DNA of 64,000 bases from Candidatus Falkowbacteria bacterium HGW-Falkowbacteria-1 (GCA_002840305.1 PHAI01000003.1:134908-198907), one strand, 5' to 3'; shown: positions 9,170 to 19,385, counted from the stretch's first letter. Numbers and translations are program-made. The notes: a model not told the origin generated them from the sequence alone.

Positions 9170-9751
9170 TTAAAAATTAGTTTTTAATATATTTAAAAGA
9201 AAAATTAAAATGAAATATTCTAGCGGTAGACTTTCCTTAATTTTATTTAAGGATCTAGAGAAAGAAACTTTACAACTGTCCTCGCTATCACCATTTATTA
9301 CCGAAATTTCTTTATAGCTCAATTCATCCCAAACGCGCATTATTACAATGTCTCTTTGTTTTGGGCTTAAAATATTAACCGCTTTTTTTAATGTTTCAAT
9401 TCTTTGTTTTTTATCAACATCTAACATAAGGTCAGAATCAGAGGACAAATTGAAGGCTTTTTCTAGGTCAATGTCTTTTTTATTGCCTCGATAATGATCT
9501 ATGAGCAAATTATAAGCTATTTTATAAAGCCAGGCTGAAAAATTTTTTTCAGAAAAATCAGCCGAACCAATGGCCTTTAAGGCCTTGAGAAAAACTTGGC
9601 TACTTAAATCTTCAGCTGTTTCCTTGTGACTAACACGATAATAAACAAAACGGTAAATTTTGCTCAGATAGGCATCATATAGACCTGAAAAAGCGGAAAA
9701 ATCACCATTTTGGCACTTTTCTATTAACTTTTGTTCCTCTTGCATATTCAT
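9170..9751 (-). CDS. RNA polymerase ECF-type sigma-70 factor
   Basis: Region 2 'IYRFVYYRVSHKETAEDLSSQVFLKALK' and region 4 'LSPKQRDIVIMRVWDELSYKEIS'. Confidence 0.85.
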   Translation of the reverse strand: MNMQEEQKLIEKCQNGDFSAFSGLYDAYLSKIYRFVYYRVSHKETAEDLSSQVFLKALKAIGSADFSEKNFSAWLYKIAYNLLIDHYRGNKKDIDLEKAFNLSSDSDLMLDVDKKQRIETLKKAVNILSPKQRDIVIMRVWDELSYKEISVINGDSEDSCKVSFSRSLNKIKESLPLEYFILIFLLNILKTNF

Positions 9752-9942
9752 TTTGAAAGCTTAAATAAATCAATTGTTTTATCTGTCTGTAAAATAAAAC
9801 GAACAAAAAAGACAAAGGTAACAGTTTCAAATATACCATAATTATAGCATATTTTGGTATATTACTAAAACATTGAAACAATGTAGAAGCAATATGAACG
9901 CAATAGTCAAAAAACGATTTAGATGTTATAATAAAGAAAAAT

Positions 9943-11334
9943 ATGAATTTTCTTATCTTGTTATATTTCTTATTGTTTACACTTTTAAGCAGGCTAAATT
10001 TAAAAATAGCCGTGCTAATTTTAATATTTGCACTGCCCAGCTATCTGATTCGTTTTTCTATATTTTCAATTCCAAGCACTCTGCTAGAGATGATGGTTCT
10101 AATTGTTTCTTGTTTTTTTATCTTTAATAATTGGAAAAAAATATTTAAAAAATCAAAAAAAGAAAAAGATACAAACAAAACGCCTTATCCATTTTCTTGG
10201 GAAATAATATTAATTCTACTAATTTCATTTATCGCCGTTTTTGTTGGAAGTCTTAATTTCTCAGCCTTAGGAATTTTTAAGGCTTATTTTCTAGAACCAA
10301 TTTTCCTGTTTATTGTAATACTAAATATCTTCAAAGGAGAAAAGGACATAAAAAAAATAATATCAACATTGGCACTATCAGCATTGGTTGTTTCTTTGGT
10401 AGCTGTCTGGCAACAACTTACTGGCCAATTTATTTTCAATGAATTTTGGGCTGATATAAATAACAGAAGGGTTGTATCGTTTTTTGGTTATCCAAATGCT
10501 GTCGCCCTATATCTTGGACCAATAATTCCTTTAATCGTTGGCCTTTTCGTTTTTAATTTTAAAGAAAAAGGCGGTCTAACACTATTTTTAAACCAGTTTC
10601 TATTGTTTGTTGCTCTATTTTTTTCGTTCTTAGCTATTTATTTTTCTAAATCAAAGGGTGCTTTGCTCGCTTTAATTCTAGCCTTTTTAATAACCGGATT
10701 TATTTTGCTCAACAAAAAATTCAAATTAATAATCCTTGGTCTATTTATAATATTTAGTCCCTTTTTGTTTATTTACAAAAAAGACTGGATAGAATTAAAA
10801 CTTTCGACTAGCTTATCATATCAAATAAGAGTAGCTCAGTGGCAAGAAACAATGAAAATGTTAAAAGACGGCAATTTCATTTGGGGCGCAGGACTGTCTA
10901 ATTATCAAAGTAAAATACAAAGTTATCATCAAGAAGGAATATTTTTTAACAAAGACGCTGACCCGGACTTTGCCAGAAAAATAATAATATTTGATGATAA
11001 ATATAGAGTCGAAAGATGGCAACCATTAGAAATATACCTCTATCCTCATAATATCTTTTTAAATTTCTGGACCGAATTAGGAATAATAGGCGCGATCGTG
11101 TTTATGTTTTTAATTCTTAAATTTTTGTTTATATCTTTAAAGCTCTCTCGCAAAGAAAAACACAATAAAAATAAATATATAATTCTTGGCTTATTTTCTT
11201 CAATGTTGGTAATATTAATTCATGGAATTTTTGACGTTCCTTATTTCAAAAATGACCTGTCTATTATTTTTTGGATACTAATCGCGCTACTATCAACATA
11301 TCAACTTTCTTATAAACAACAAAAAAGGGTCTAA
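9943..11334 (+). CDS. O-antigen ligase/polymerase family (Wzy_C-like) membrane protein
   Basis: 463 aa, more than 10 TM helices, with the 'SKSKGALLALILAFL' block typical of Wzy_C/O-antigen ligase proteins. Confidence 0.6.
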   Translation: MNFLILLYFLLFTLLSRLNLKIAVLILIFALPSYLIRFSIFSIPSTLLEMMVLIVSCFFIFNNWKKIFKKSKKEKDTNKTPYPFSWEIILILLISFIAVFVGSLNFSALGIFKAYFLEPIFLFIVILNIFKGEKDIKKIISTLALSALVVSLVAVWQQLTGQFIFNEFWADINNRRVVSFFGYPNAVALYLGPIIPLIVGLFVFNFKEKGGLTLFLNQFLLFVALFFSFLAIYFSKSKGALLALILAFLITGFILLNKKFKLIILGLFIIFSPFLFIYKKDWIELKLSTSLSYQIRVAQWQETMKMLKDGNFIWGAGLSNYQSKIQSYHQEGIFFNKDADPDFARKIIIFDDKYRVERWQPLEIYLYPHNIFLNFWTELGIIGAIVFMFLILKFLFISLKLSRKEKHNKNKYIILGLFSSMLVILIHGIFDVPYFKNDLSIIFWILIALLSTYQLSYKQQKRV

Positions 11335-11360
11335 GCTTTATAAAATAACAATTAAATAAC

Positions 11361-12080
11361 ATGGAAAAAATAAATTTAACAAAACTAATAGCCGAAAGTA
11401 GCCCTTATTCGAGGCGGCAGGCAGAAAAAATAATAAGAATGGGGGAAGTAAAAATAAATGACAGAATTGCTTTATTGGGAGAAAAAGCAGACAAAAATGA
11501 TAAAATAGAAATAAACGGAAAAGAAATAAAATTCCAAAATACAAAAATTTATATCAAGCTTAATAAACCGGTTGACTATGTTTGCACCAATAGAATTTTT
11601 CCAGGAGAAAAAAACATTTTTTCGCTTTTGCCAAAAGAAAATAATTTATTTTCAATTGGTCGTTTAGATAAAAATAGCCATGGTTTAATAGTCTTAAGTA
11701 ACGACGGCGATTTAACTTATAAATTAACCCACCCTCGTTTTCAACATGAAAAAATATACTTAGTTAAACTAAAAGAGAATTACTTTTTAAAGAATAAAGG
11801 GCTATTGGGAGAAATACTTAGCAAATTCAAAGAAGGCGTTGACATAGGGGATAGAACCTTGGCCAAAGCGAAAAAAATTGAAATAATAAACGACAATACA
11901 TTTAGAATTATATTAACCGAAGGAAAGAAAAGACAAATCAGGGAAATGTTTAACTATTTTAATTTGAAAGTGACTGATTTAAAAAGAACTGATTTTGCTG
12001 GCATAAATTTGGGAAATTTAAAAGAAGGAGAATGGACAAATCTAAATCCAGAAGAAATTAAAAAATTAAAAAATATTTAA
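11361..12080 (+). CDS. RsuA/RluB-family rRNA pseudouridine synthase
   Basis: N-terminal S4 domain ('SRRQAEKIIRMGEVKIN') and the catalytic motif 'GRLDKNSHGLIVLSNDG'. Confidence 0.88.
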   Translation: MEKINLTKLIAESSPYSRRQAEKIIRMGEVKINDRIALLGEKADKNDKIEINGKEIKFQNTKIYIKLNKPVDYVCTNRIFPGEKNIFSLLPKENNLFSIGRLDKNSHGLIVLSNDGDLTYKLTHPRFQHEKIYLVKLKENYFLKNKGLLGEILSKFKEGVDIGDRTLAKAKKIEIINDNTFRIILTEGKKRQIREMFNYFNLKVTDLKRTDFAGINLGNLKEGEWTNLNPEEIKKLKNI

Positions 12081-12132
12081 CAAAAATAAAAAACACAAGG
12101 AAAAATGATATTTAAAATTAAATAATAAATAT

Positions 12133-12220
12133 GGAAAGGTGTCAGAGTGGTCGAATGTGCGGCTCTCGAAAAGCCGTGTCCCGCAAGGGACCGAGGGTTC
12201 GAATCCCTCCCTTTCCGCCA
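12133..12220 (+). tRNA. tRNA-Ser (anticodon CGA), encoded CCA
   Basis: GGAAAGG acceptor, anticodon stem CGGCT/AGCCG with loop CT-CGA-AA, long variable arm, T-arm GAGGG-TTCGAAT-CCCTC. Ends in CCA. Confidence 0.92.
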
Positions 12221-12292
12221 AGAATATTTAGTATCGGAAGACCCGAGTGCCTTTATTTTATTGAGGTTTCTGAAATGCTAAAATCGTTAAAA

Positions 12293-12323
12293 GTTCGAAC
12301 CTTTGAGGGATTCGAACTTTTTT
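12293..12323 (+). terminator. Rho-independent terminator after tRNA-Ser
   Basis: GTTCGAA (12293-12299) pairs with TTCGAAC (12311-12317), followed by TTTTTT. Confidence 0.55.
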
Positions 12324-12393
12324 GTTTTTTAGCTAATTTTGTGGTAATATTTTATTATGAATATTAGATATACTATAAAATATATTTTGCATT

Positions 12394-13044
12394 ATGGATA
12401 TAGAAAAAGTTAGTATATTAATGAAAAATTTGTCCAAAGAATCGGATACAAAAAAAGAAACAGATATTGAAGGCACAAAACAAGACAAATCAGGATATGT
12501 TTCTGAGGAAGTAGTTGAAATTGAATCTCAGTCTTATGACAAAAGGGAGTATTTTTTTTCTGTGGCTGAACTAAAATTTTTTGAAATTCTCAAAGAAATT
12601 ATTGGTGATAATTATTATATTTTTCCTAAAGTTAGAATTTGCGATATTGTTAACAGTAAAGAAAAAAGAAATTATTCTCAATTCAATAGAATTAAATCAA
12701 AACATGTTGATTTTCTGATTTGTACAAAAAGCCCTATAAAGTCCAAGATAGTTGTAGAGTTAGATGATAGTTCTCACAACTATCAATCAAGAATAGAAAG
12801 AGATAAGTTTGTTGATGAGGTTTTTGCTAGTGCGGGAATACCAATTGTACATGTTAAGGTTAAAAGTTTTTACGACAAAGAAGCTCTGATTAAAGAGCTT
12901 CAAAAAGCTTATAAAACTAAATATATACTTGTTAAAAAAAATAAACTTTCTCAAGACAAGGGAGCGATTTTTAAAGGTGCGGAAGGCTGTTCTTTTATGT
13001 TTGTTCTAATATTATTTATATCCTTTTTTATTTTCTTTGTGTAG
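12394..13044 (+). CDS. DUF2726 domain protein (restriction-endonuclease-like fold)
   Basis: 'FFSVAELKFFEILKE...IFPKVRICDIV...HVDFLIC...VVELDDSSH...RDKFVDEVFASAGIPIVHV' matches the DUF2726 pattern. C-terminal TM helix. Confidence 0.65.
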   Translation: MDIEKVSILMKNLSKESDTKKETDIEGTKQDKSGYVSEEVVEIESQSYDKREYFFSVAELKFFEILKEIIGDNYYIFPKVRICDIVNSKEKRNYSQFNRIKSKHVDFLICTKSPIKSKIVVELDDSSHNYQSRIERDKFVDEVFASAGIPIVHVKVKSFYDKEALIKELQKAYKTKYILVKKNKLSQDKGAIFKGAEGCSFMFVLILFISFFIFFV

Positions 13045-13138
13045 ATTTATATTTTTAAAAGAAAATCTATTTTTAAATAAAAAAGTTCCAACTACGTCCC
13101 ACTCTCCCCGCAAATATTAATTATAATGTAATTAAACT

Positions 13139-13579
13139 ATGAATAAATCAAAATTCTTTCCAGATGCATTTTACAGAGTTAGCGTCCGAGGGCTTATGAG
13201 AGATGGCGATAAATTCTTATTAGGACATCATCATGATGGAGATTGGGAGACATTCGGCGGCGGACTTGATTTTGGAGAAAACTTGCATCAAGCATTAAAG
13301 AGGGAAATTCTCGAAGAAACAGGATGCGATGTGCCATACATTTCCAAGCAACCAATACTTGCACTGCCACATATCGTTCATAACCTGCGGGGCATGGATT
13401 GGTTTTATAATTTTCCTATTTACTACGAAGTCATTTTTGACATTTCTAAATTTAATTCCTCATTACAATATTCAGAGATTAAATGGTTCACTTTGGAAGA
13501 GATACAAAGTCTAAAACTTTTTGAAGGCGAAGAAGGGATTAAAAATGGTTTAAAGTCCCTAATCAAAAACAATGAATAA
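13139..13579 (+). CDS. NUDIX hydrolase
   Basis: Nudix box 'GGGLDFGENLHQALKREILEETG'. Confidence 0.85.
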   Translation: MNKSKFFPDAFYRVSVRGLMRDGDKFLLGHHHDGDWETFGGGLDFGENLHQALKREILEETGCDVPYISKQPILALPHIVHNLRGMDWFYNFPIYYEVIFDISKFNSSLQYSEIKWFTLEEIQSLKLFEGEEGIKNGLKSLIKNNE

Positions 13580-13814
13580 ACTACTAAAAAACAAACTTTT
13601 AATTTTATCGGCGATAAGCGTCCTCTTCTTTATTTTTTTACTATTATCTTTTTTTGTAATAATCATTGTCAAAAGCGACCTTCAAGACATTAGAACAAAC
13701 AGAATACAGGCCGCAAACTTATTCTATGATTTAATACTTTTGATTATATATGCCCATTTAGGTTTTTCAATATTTTCTTATGTCAAAAAATACAAATATC
13801 TTAAAAAACAATAA
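13572..13814 (+). CDS. Small two-TM membrane protein, unknown function
   Basis: 80-aa ORF with two hydrophobic helices. Overlaps the NUDIX stop by 8 nt. No recognisable family. Confidence 0.4.
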   Translation: MNKLLKNKLLILSAISVLFFIFLLLSFFVIIIVKSDLQDIRTNRIQAANLFYDLILLIIYAHLGFSIFSYVKKYKYLKKQ

Positions 13815-14493
13815 AGTACTTCTCGGAATATCCACCAAAAAAGATGGAAACTTAAGATTATTAGGGAAAGATACCGTTATAAAAAATAATAGACAATGTT
13901 TTTTAAAAAAGAACGCCTTAAAAAAAGAAAACTTAGTCTCAAGTAAACTTATCCACGGCAACAAAATAAAAATAATTTCAGATAAAGATGAAAACAAAAA
14001 TCTAAAAGGATATGACGGACTAATAACAAATATTCCAAAAATAATTTTAAGCATAACCGTGGCCGACTGTCTGCCAATTTATTTTTATGACTCAAATAAA
14101 AATGTTATTGGTTTGGCACATGCTGGTTGGAGGGGCCTAAAATCTTCAATAATAAAAAAAATGATAAAATCATTTAAAAGCGAATACCAATCAGATACAA
14201 AAAATATCAAAATTTTCATAGGACCGCATATTCAAAAATGTCATTTTGAAATTAGAAATGATTTACTGAAAAAATTCAAAGAATACGATAGCTTTATCAT
14301 CAAAAAAAAGGACAAAATATTTTTAGATTTAGAACTAATCGCAAAACAACAACTATTAGAAAACAAAATCTTGAAAAAAAACATAGAAATTAGCCCGGAA
14401 TGCACTTATTGTTTAAAAAATAAATATTTTTCTTATCGAAGAGACGGAGATAAAAATTTTCAAACCATGATGGCCTATATTGAACTAAAATAA
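13780..14493 (+). CDS. pgeF: Peptidoglycan editing factor PgeF / YfiH (DUF152) family
   Basis: 'ADCLPIYFYD' and 'GLAHAGWRG' motifs of the YfiH/laccase-domain family. Confidence 0.8.
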   Translation: MSKNTNILKNNKVLLGISTKKDGNLRLLGKDTVIKNNRQCFLKKNALKKENLVSSKLIHGNKIKIISDKDENKNLKGYDGLITNIPKIILSITVADCLPIYFYDSNKNVIGLAHAGWRGLKSSIIKKMIKSFKSEYQSDTKNIKIFIGPHIQKCHFEIRNDLLKKFKEYDSFIIKKKDKIFLDLELIAKQQLLENKILKKNIEISPECTYCLKNKYFSYRRDGDKNFQTMMAYIELK

Positions 14494-14508
14494 GACATGA
14501 GCGTATTA

Positions 14509-14547
14509 AAAAAAGAACCACCAAATAAACCAGCGGTTCTTTTTTTA
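14509..14547. terminator. Bidirectional terminator between pgeF and the MFS gene
   Basis: AAGAACC (14513-14519) pairs with GGTTCTT (14535-14541). A-run before and T-run after, between convergent genes. Confidence 0.7.
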
Positions 14548-14556
14548 ATATAAGTA

Positions 14557-15753
14557 CTATTTACTATCCTTGATAATATAAACGAAATAGAAGCTAAACA
14601 AGAACAAAATTGCCATAAACAGAAATAAATATTGAACCTCATAAAAACTCAATATTAAAAATCCCAAACCGGATCCCACTAAATACCCCAGAGGGTAAGA
14701 AGTTCTGAGAAAGTTTATATGACTAACATTTTCGGCATCAACAATTTTGAAAAACCGAGATTCTCTCATTGCTTCAATTAGCGCAGCTCCTATGCGACTA
14801 AAAAATAAAATCGCACCCCAGACAAGTGGACTGCTTGATTTAACAAAGAAAAACAAAAGCAAGGAAACGATTAGAATGCCTAAACCGCTAAACATTATTT
14901 CTTTTTCTCCAATATACTTGTCAGCAATAATACCGGCTGGAATTTCAACCAAAACAAAAGGAATAAGCATTATAGAGAACATAATACCAAGGGTTGACCA
15001 CTCAAAGCCCAAACTACTATGAAGATACATCGGAATAAAAACCACGGCCGAGTTAAAAAATAAATTTAGAAAAAAAGAAACAAAATACACTCCTTTTAAG
15101 TTTGCATTTTTCCAAAAATCAACAATAACATCTTTAATTTTTAACTTGTCAAAATTGACCAACTTACCAACACGCTTTTCATTAAAAACAATAATAAAAT
15201 AAAAAAATAAAAACACAAAAGCGGCCGCCAAATAAACCAAATTATAATAATCATTTCCAATAACCAATTTTGAAGCCAATATAGGAGTAAGAATCCAACC
15301 TAGATTCATAAAGGTAAAATAAAAAGCTCTTATTTTGCCAGTATTAGCGTTCTCGGTAAAACTCTCTACAAAAATATCCATATTAATCCAAATCAGATTA
15401 GAGCTTACCCACATACAAATAAAAAACAAAAAAAGCCAAATAGGTGCTGGGCTCATCATCAAAACCATCAATGAAACTATATTTACAAGCATCATTAATT
15501 TGGCCGACATCAGATTACTTAATTTTCTAATAAGTGCAGGAAAGAACAGCATGGCAAAAAAAGTAACAATATTGGCAGCCACAAAAAACAAACCAACATA
15601 CTTGGTATCAACAAAATTTTCAATAAAACTAGAATTGATATAGGCCGGAAAAGCAGTAGACACAGCCAATGCCGTCCCCGCTGCATATAAAACAATTAAG
15701 TTTTTATTAAATTTAATATCGGAAATTTTTCCAGAAAGATGAAATCTATACAT
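14557..15753 (-). CDS. MFS-type transporter
   Basis: 398 aa with about 12 predicted TM helices in two six-helix halves. Substrate unknown. Confidence 0.6.
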   Translation of the reverse strand: MYRFHLSGKISDIKFNKNLIVLYAAGTALAVSTAFPAYINSSFIENFVDTKYVGLFFVAANIVTFFAMLFFPALIRKLSNLMSAKLMMLVNIVSLMVLMMSPAPIWLFLFFICMWVSSNLIWINMDIFVESFTENANTGKIRAFYFTFMNLGWILTPILASKLVIGNDYYNLVYLAAAFVFLFFYFIIVFNEKRVGKLVNFDKLKIKDVIVDFWKNANLKGVYFVSFFLNLFFNSAVVFIPMYLHSSLGFEWSTLGIMFSIMLIPFVLVEIPAGIIADKYIGEKEIMFSGLGILIVSLLLFFFVKSSSPLVWGAILFFSRIGAALIEAMRESRFFKIVDAENVSHINFLRTSYPLGYLVGSGLGFLILSFYEVQYLFLFMAILFLFSFYFVYIIKDSK

Positions 15754-15767
15754 AATTATTAATTATA

Positions 15768-16622
15768 TTAATTTTTATTAAACATTTTTAAACTATAAAA
15801 TTTGAACCCAAGGAACAAAAGCAAAAAAACTATAACAACGCTCATTACCTGAGGAAATCTTAAACCTAGGAATTCTGGCGCAAAATCAATTCTAACAAAC
15901 TCCAAAGAAAATCTCAAAATCGAATATAAAATTAAATAAGAACTTGTCACAAAAAACTTTGTCGTAAAGGTTGCTTTTGATTTTTTTAATAAATAGAAAT
16001 GAACAGAAAACAAAAAAATAAAAATTGCAAAAGATCCCAAAGACTCATATAAAAATGTCGGGTGAAAAAATTTAGAAGAAATAAATTCTATTGGTCTATT
16101 TAAAATGTTTATAGGAATTCCCCAGGGAAAATCAGTTGGTCGACCAAAAAGTTCTTGATTAAAATAATTACCAAAACGACCAATCGCCTGACCCAGGGCC
16201 AATCCTGGTACTATCAAGAAGGACAAAGAAAAAAAATCATCCCAAAAACTCTTGTTTTCCAAGCCCCTTATCTTCTTGTTTTTAACAAAAAAACACAAAA
16301 CAATAACCCCTGCTAAAATAGCCCCATGAATAGCCAGACCACCTTGCCAAATTTTTATTATATCAAAGGGATTGTCAATATAATATCGCCACTCCAAAAA
16401 AACATCATAAATTCTAGCGCCAAACACGCCAAAAATAATTAAATAAAAAAACAAATCAAAAAGATCATCTTTGTTTATTTTGTATTTTTTTCCTAAAAAT
16501 AAAGAAATAAAAAGAGCCGAAACAATAGCCAAAACCACAAAAAATCCATACCAATGAATTTTTATAAAAGCAAAAGAAAACATCAAAGAATTTGGCTCAA
16601 AAGTATGTAAAAAATTTATCAT
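15768..16622 (-). CDS. lgt: Prolipoprotein diacylglyceryl transferase
   Basis: 'HWYG', 'GARIYDV', 'GGLAIHGA', 'GRFGNYFNQELFGRPT'. I place the start at ATG 16622 (MINFLH...). The track ORF reaching 16769 runs through tRNA-Leu. Confidence 0.88.
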   Translation of the reverse strand: MINFLHTFEPNSLMFSFAFIKIHWYGFFVVLAIVSALFISLFLGKKYKINKDDLFDLFFYLIIFGVFGARIYDVFLEWRYYIDNPFDIIKIWQGGLAIHGAILAGVIVLCFFVKNKKIRGLENKSFWDDFFSLSFLIVPGLALGQAIGRFGNYFNQELFGRPTDFPWGIPINILNRPIEFISSKFFHPTFLYESLGSFAIFIFLFSVHFYLLKKSKATFTTKFFVTSSYLILYSILRFSLEFVRIDFAPEFLGLRFPQVMSVVIVFLLLFLGFKFYSLKMFNKN

Positions 16623-16645
16623 TTCAAAAATCTCAAATAAAAGTG

Positions 16646-16727
16646 TGCGGGCGGAGAGACTCGAACTCTCACAGATTGCTCCGCTTGCTCCTAAGGCAAG
16701 TGCGTATACCAATTTCGCCACGCCCGC
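16646..16727 (-). tRNA. tRNA-Leu (anticodon TAG)
   Basis: The reverse complement is GCGGGCG...; anticodon stem CTTGC/GCAAG with loop CT-TAG-GA, long variable arm, T-arm GAGAG-TTCGAGT-CTCTC. No encoded CCA. Confidence 0.9.
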
Positions 16728-16908
16728 AAAACTTATTGATATAATAATATAAAAACTTAATAAATTCAAGTCTTACAAAAAAATTTTAAAGAAACAAAAA
16801 AATGTGTTATAATATCCTTATCAAATTAAAAAATAATACGCCCTTGCTATCTCATTAAGTTATAACATTTTGTGTGATAACAAAAGCTATGGCGCAATAA
16901 AAAAATTT

Positions 16909-19317
16909 ATGCCAAAACAACAATTTATAAAATTTTTCGACGAACTAAGAATCAAAGATGTCCCTTCGGTGGGTGGTAAAAACGCTTCTCTGGGAGAAAT
17001 GTATCAGACTCTCTCTAAAAAAGGGGTAAATGTGCCATTTGGTTTCGCCACCACTTCATCCGCCTACAATTATTTCATGGATAAAAGTGGCCTAAAAAAC
17101 AGAATTAGAGAGATTTTAAAAGACCTAAACACCAAGGATGTCCAAAATTTAATGACTAGAGGCAAAAAAGTAAGAGAAGAGGTTTTAAAAACAGATTTAC
17201 CAAAAGATTTTGAACAAGAAATTATTAAAGCTTACAAGAAGCTATCTTCATTTTACAAAAGAGAAAACATTGACGTTGCCGTAAGATCGTCAGCAACCGC
17301 CGAAGATTTGCCGGATGCTTCTTTCGCCGGACAACAAGAGACATATTTAAATATAAGTGGACCAAGCGACCTACTCTTAGCAGTTAGGAAATGTATTGCC
17401 TCTCTATTCACCAATAGAGCAATTTCCTATAGAACAGACAAGGGATTTGACCACTTCAACATTGCTTTGTCGGTAGGTGTACAGAAGATGTCACGCTCAG
17501 ACATAGGCTCTTCGGGTGTAATGTTTACCATTGATACTGAATCTGGATTCAAAAACGCAGTCTTAGTCCACTCTATCTACGGACTAGGAGAAAACATAGT
17601 TCAAGGAAAAGTAAACCCAGATCAATTCTTTGTTTTTAAACCAACAAAGAAAATAATATATCGATCAATTGGCAAAAAAAGTATAAAAATGATCTACAAC
17701 AAAAGCCACGAAAATCCCGTTAAAGATGTCGCCGTTAGTCACAAAGACCAAATCAGACAATCAATTAGTGACGAGCAAGTAATAAAATTAGCTGAATGGG
17801 GAATGATTATTGAACAGCACTACAATAAAGCCATGGACATAGAATGGGCCTATGATGGACTAGATAAAAAATTATACATAATTCAAGCCAGACCAGAAAC
17901 AGTAGAAAGTTCTAGGAACCTAAACCTCTTAGAAAGATACAAAATAAGCAAGAGGGGTAAAGTAGTCGCTCAAGGACAAAGCGTTGGAAACAGAATTGGA
18001 TTTGGCACAGCCAATAAAATAATGAGCGTCAAAGATATTAAAAAATTTAAAGCCGGACAAGTATTAGTAACCGACATGACCGACCCTGATTGGGAACCAA
18101 TCATGAAAATAGCCTCAGCTATAGTCACCGACAAAGGTGGCCGTACTTGCCATGCCGCTATTATCTCTAGAGAAATGGGAATCCCTTGTGTAGTTGGGAC
18201 AAACGACGGTAGTAAAAAAATAAAAAGTGGCGGAAATTTTACTGTTAGTTGCGCCGAGGGAGAGGTTGGATTTGTCTATGAGGGCAAGATACCTTTCAAA
18301 ATAGAAAAAACTGATGTTGGAAAACTAAAAAGACCAAAGACAAAAATAATGATGAATATAGCCGAACCGGACACAGCTTTTCTAAATTCTTTTATACCAA
18401 ATGACGGTGTTGGGCTAGCTAGACTTGAATTTATAATTAACAACTATATAAAAATTCATCCCTTAGCCTTATTAAATTATAAAAAATTAGGGAACGCAAA
18501 ATTAAAAAAGCAAATAGACGAAATTACTGCGGGTTACACTAACAAAAGCCAATTCTTTGTAGATAAATTAGCCGAAGGAGTGGCGATGCTTGCCGCTGGT
18601 TTTTATCCAAAAGACGTAATTGTACGTTTGTCCGACTTTAAAACCAACGAGTATGCCAATTTAATAGGAGGAACAAATTATGAGCCAATTGAGTCGAACC
18701 CAATGATAGGCTGGCGCGGAGCAAGTAGATACTACTCCAAAGACTTTTTACCGGCTTTCAAATTAGAGTGTCAAGCCTTAAAGAAAGTGCGCGACGATTT
18801 TGGTTTAAAAAATGTTAAAATAATGATTCCTTTCTGCAGAACCGTAGAAGAAGGAAAAAGGGTTTTAAAAATAATGGAAGAAAATGGATTAAAGAGGGGC
18901 CAAAACGGACTAGAGGTTTATGTTATGGCCGAAATTCCTGCCAATATAATTCTAGCCGAAAAATTTGCTAAAGTATTTGACGGATTCTCTATTGGATCAA
19001 ATGACTTAACTCAACTAACTCTAGGTATAGATCGAGACTCGGGAGGAACATTAGAAGTAGAAGGGGTCTCAAATGAAAAAAATGAGGCTGTTAAAATTTT
19101 AATTAAAAATTTGATAACAGTTGCCAAAAAAACAAAAACTAAAGTTGGTATCTGTGGTCAAGCCCCAAGCGACTTTCCAGACTTTGCAGAATTTTTGGTA
19201 GAATGTGGCATTGATAGTATCTCACTTATTCCAGACTCTATTATTAAAACGACTATAATCGTAAACAAAAAGGAGCAATCAACAAAATCAAAGATCAAAT
19301 TCTTAGGTATATTCTAA
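16909..19317 (+). CDS. ppsA: Phosphoenolpyruvate synthase (pyruvate, water dikinase)
   Basis: 'VGGKNASLGEM' ATP-grasp start, phosphohistidine motif 'GGRTCHAAIISREMGIP' and 'IGSNDLTQL' in the PEP-utilising barrel. The ATG at 16909 is preferred over the upstream TTG at 16870. Confidence 0.95.
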   Translation: MPKQQFIKFFDELRIKDVPSVGGKNASLGEMYQTLSKKGVNVPFGFATTSSAYNYFMDKSGLKNRIREILKDLNTKDVQNLMTRGKKVREEVLKTDLPKDFEQEIIKAYKKLSSFYKRENIDVAVRSSATAEDLPDASFAGQQETYLNISGPSDLLLAVRKCIASLFTNRAISYRTDKGFDHFNIALSVGVQKMSRSDIGSSGVMFTIDTESGFKNAVLVHSIYGLGENIVQGKVNPDQFFVFKPTKKIIYRSIGKKSIKMIYNKSHENPVKDVAVSHKDQIRQSISDEQVIKLAEWGMIIEQHYNKAMDIEWAYDGLDKKLYIIQARPETVESSRNLNLLERYKISKRGKVVAQGQSVGNRIGFGTANKIMSVKDIKKFKAGQVLVTDMTDPDWEPIMKIASAIVTDKGGRTCHAAIISREMGIPCVVGTNDGSKKIKSGGNFTVSCAEGEVGFVYEGKIPFKIEKTDVGKLKRPKTKIMMNIAEPDTAFLNSFIPNDGVGLARLEFIINNYIKIHPLALLNYKKLGNAKLKKQIDEITAGYTNKSQFFVDKLAEGVAMLAAGFYPKDVIVRLSDFKTNEYANLIGGTNYEPIESNPMIGWRGASRYYSKDFLPAFKLECQALKKVRDDFGLKNVKIMIPFCRTVEEGKRVLKIMEENGLKRGQNGLEVYVMAEIPANIILAEKFAKVFDGFSIGSNDLTQLTLGIDRDSGGTLEVEGVSNEKNEAVKILIKNLITVAKKTKTKVGICGQAPSDFPDFAEFLVECGIDSISLIPDSIIKTTIIVNKKEQSTKSKIKFLGIF

Positions 19318-19385
19318 CCCTATCATCTCGACTGAGCCATCCTGCGGATGGCGAGCGGAGAGATCTGTTTCCTTTGTCATTCAAC

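Noticed and set aside
9873-10127. 84-aa ORF overlapping the start of the O-antigen-ligase-like gene
   Set aside because: It is in an alternate frame of the same strand, has no support, and overlaps a long membrane-protein ORF.
12293-12317. A 13-nt exact inverted copy (GAGGGATTCGAAC, 12305-12317) of the tRNA-Ser T-arm, considered as an att-site or tRNA remnant flanking the DUF2726 gene
   Set aside because: TTCGAA is itself palindromic. The segment forms a 7-bp hairpin followed by a T-run, so it is most simply the tRNA's terminator. No direct repeat of the tRNA 3' end is present.
12131-12367. 78-aa ORF 'MERCQSGRMCGSRKAVSRKGPRVRIPPFPP...'
   Set aside because: It is the translation of tRNA-Ser (12133-12220) and its terminator, so it is not a protein gene.
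16623-16769. N-terminal 49 codons of the track ORF for lgt
   Set aside because: This part runs through tRNA-Leu (16646-16727). The conserved Lgt sequence starts after the internal ATG at 16622.
19336-19375. GC-rich patch after ppsA. It contains a GCCATCC-TGC-GGATGGC hairpin and a minus-strand stretch (TCTCTCCGCTCGCCA) resembling the 3' end of tRNA-Leu, considered as an att remnant making ppsA an island
   Set aside because: The fragment lies on the 5' side of tRNA-Leu, which is the wrong geometry for integration at a tRNA 3' end. Only about 13 of 15 nt match, and ppsA shows no compositional anomaly. It is probably a decayed fragment or part of the ppsA terminator region.
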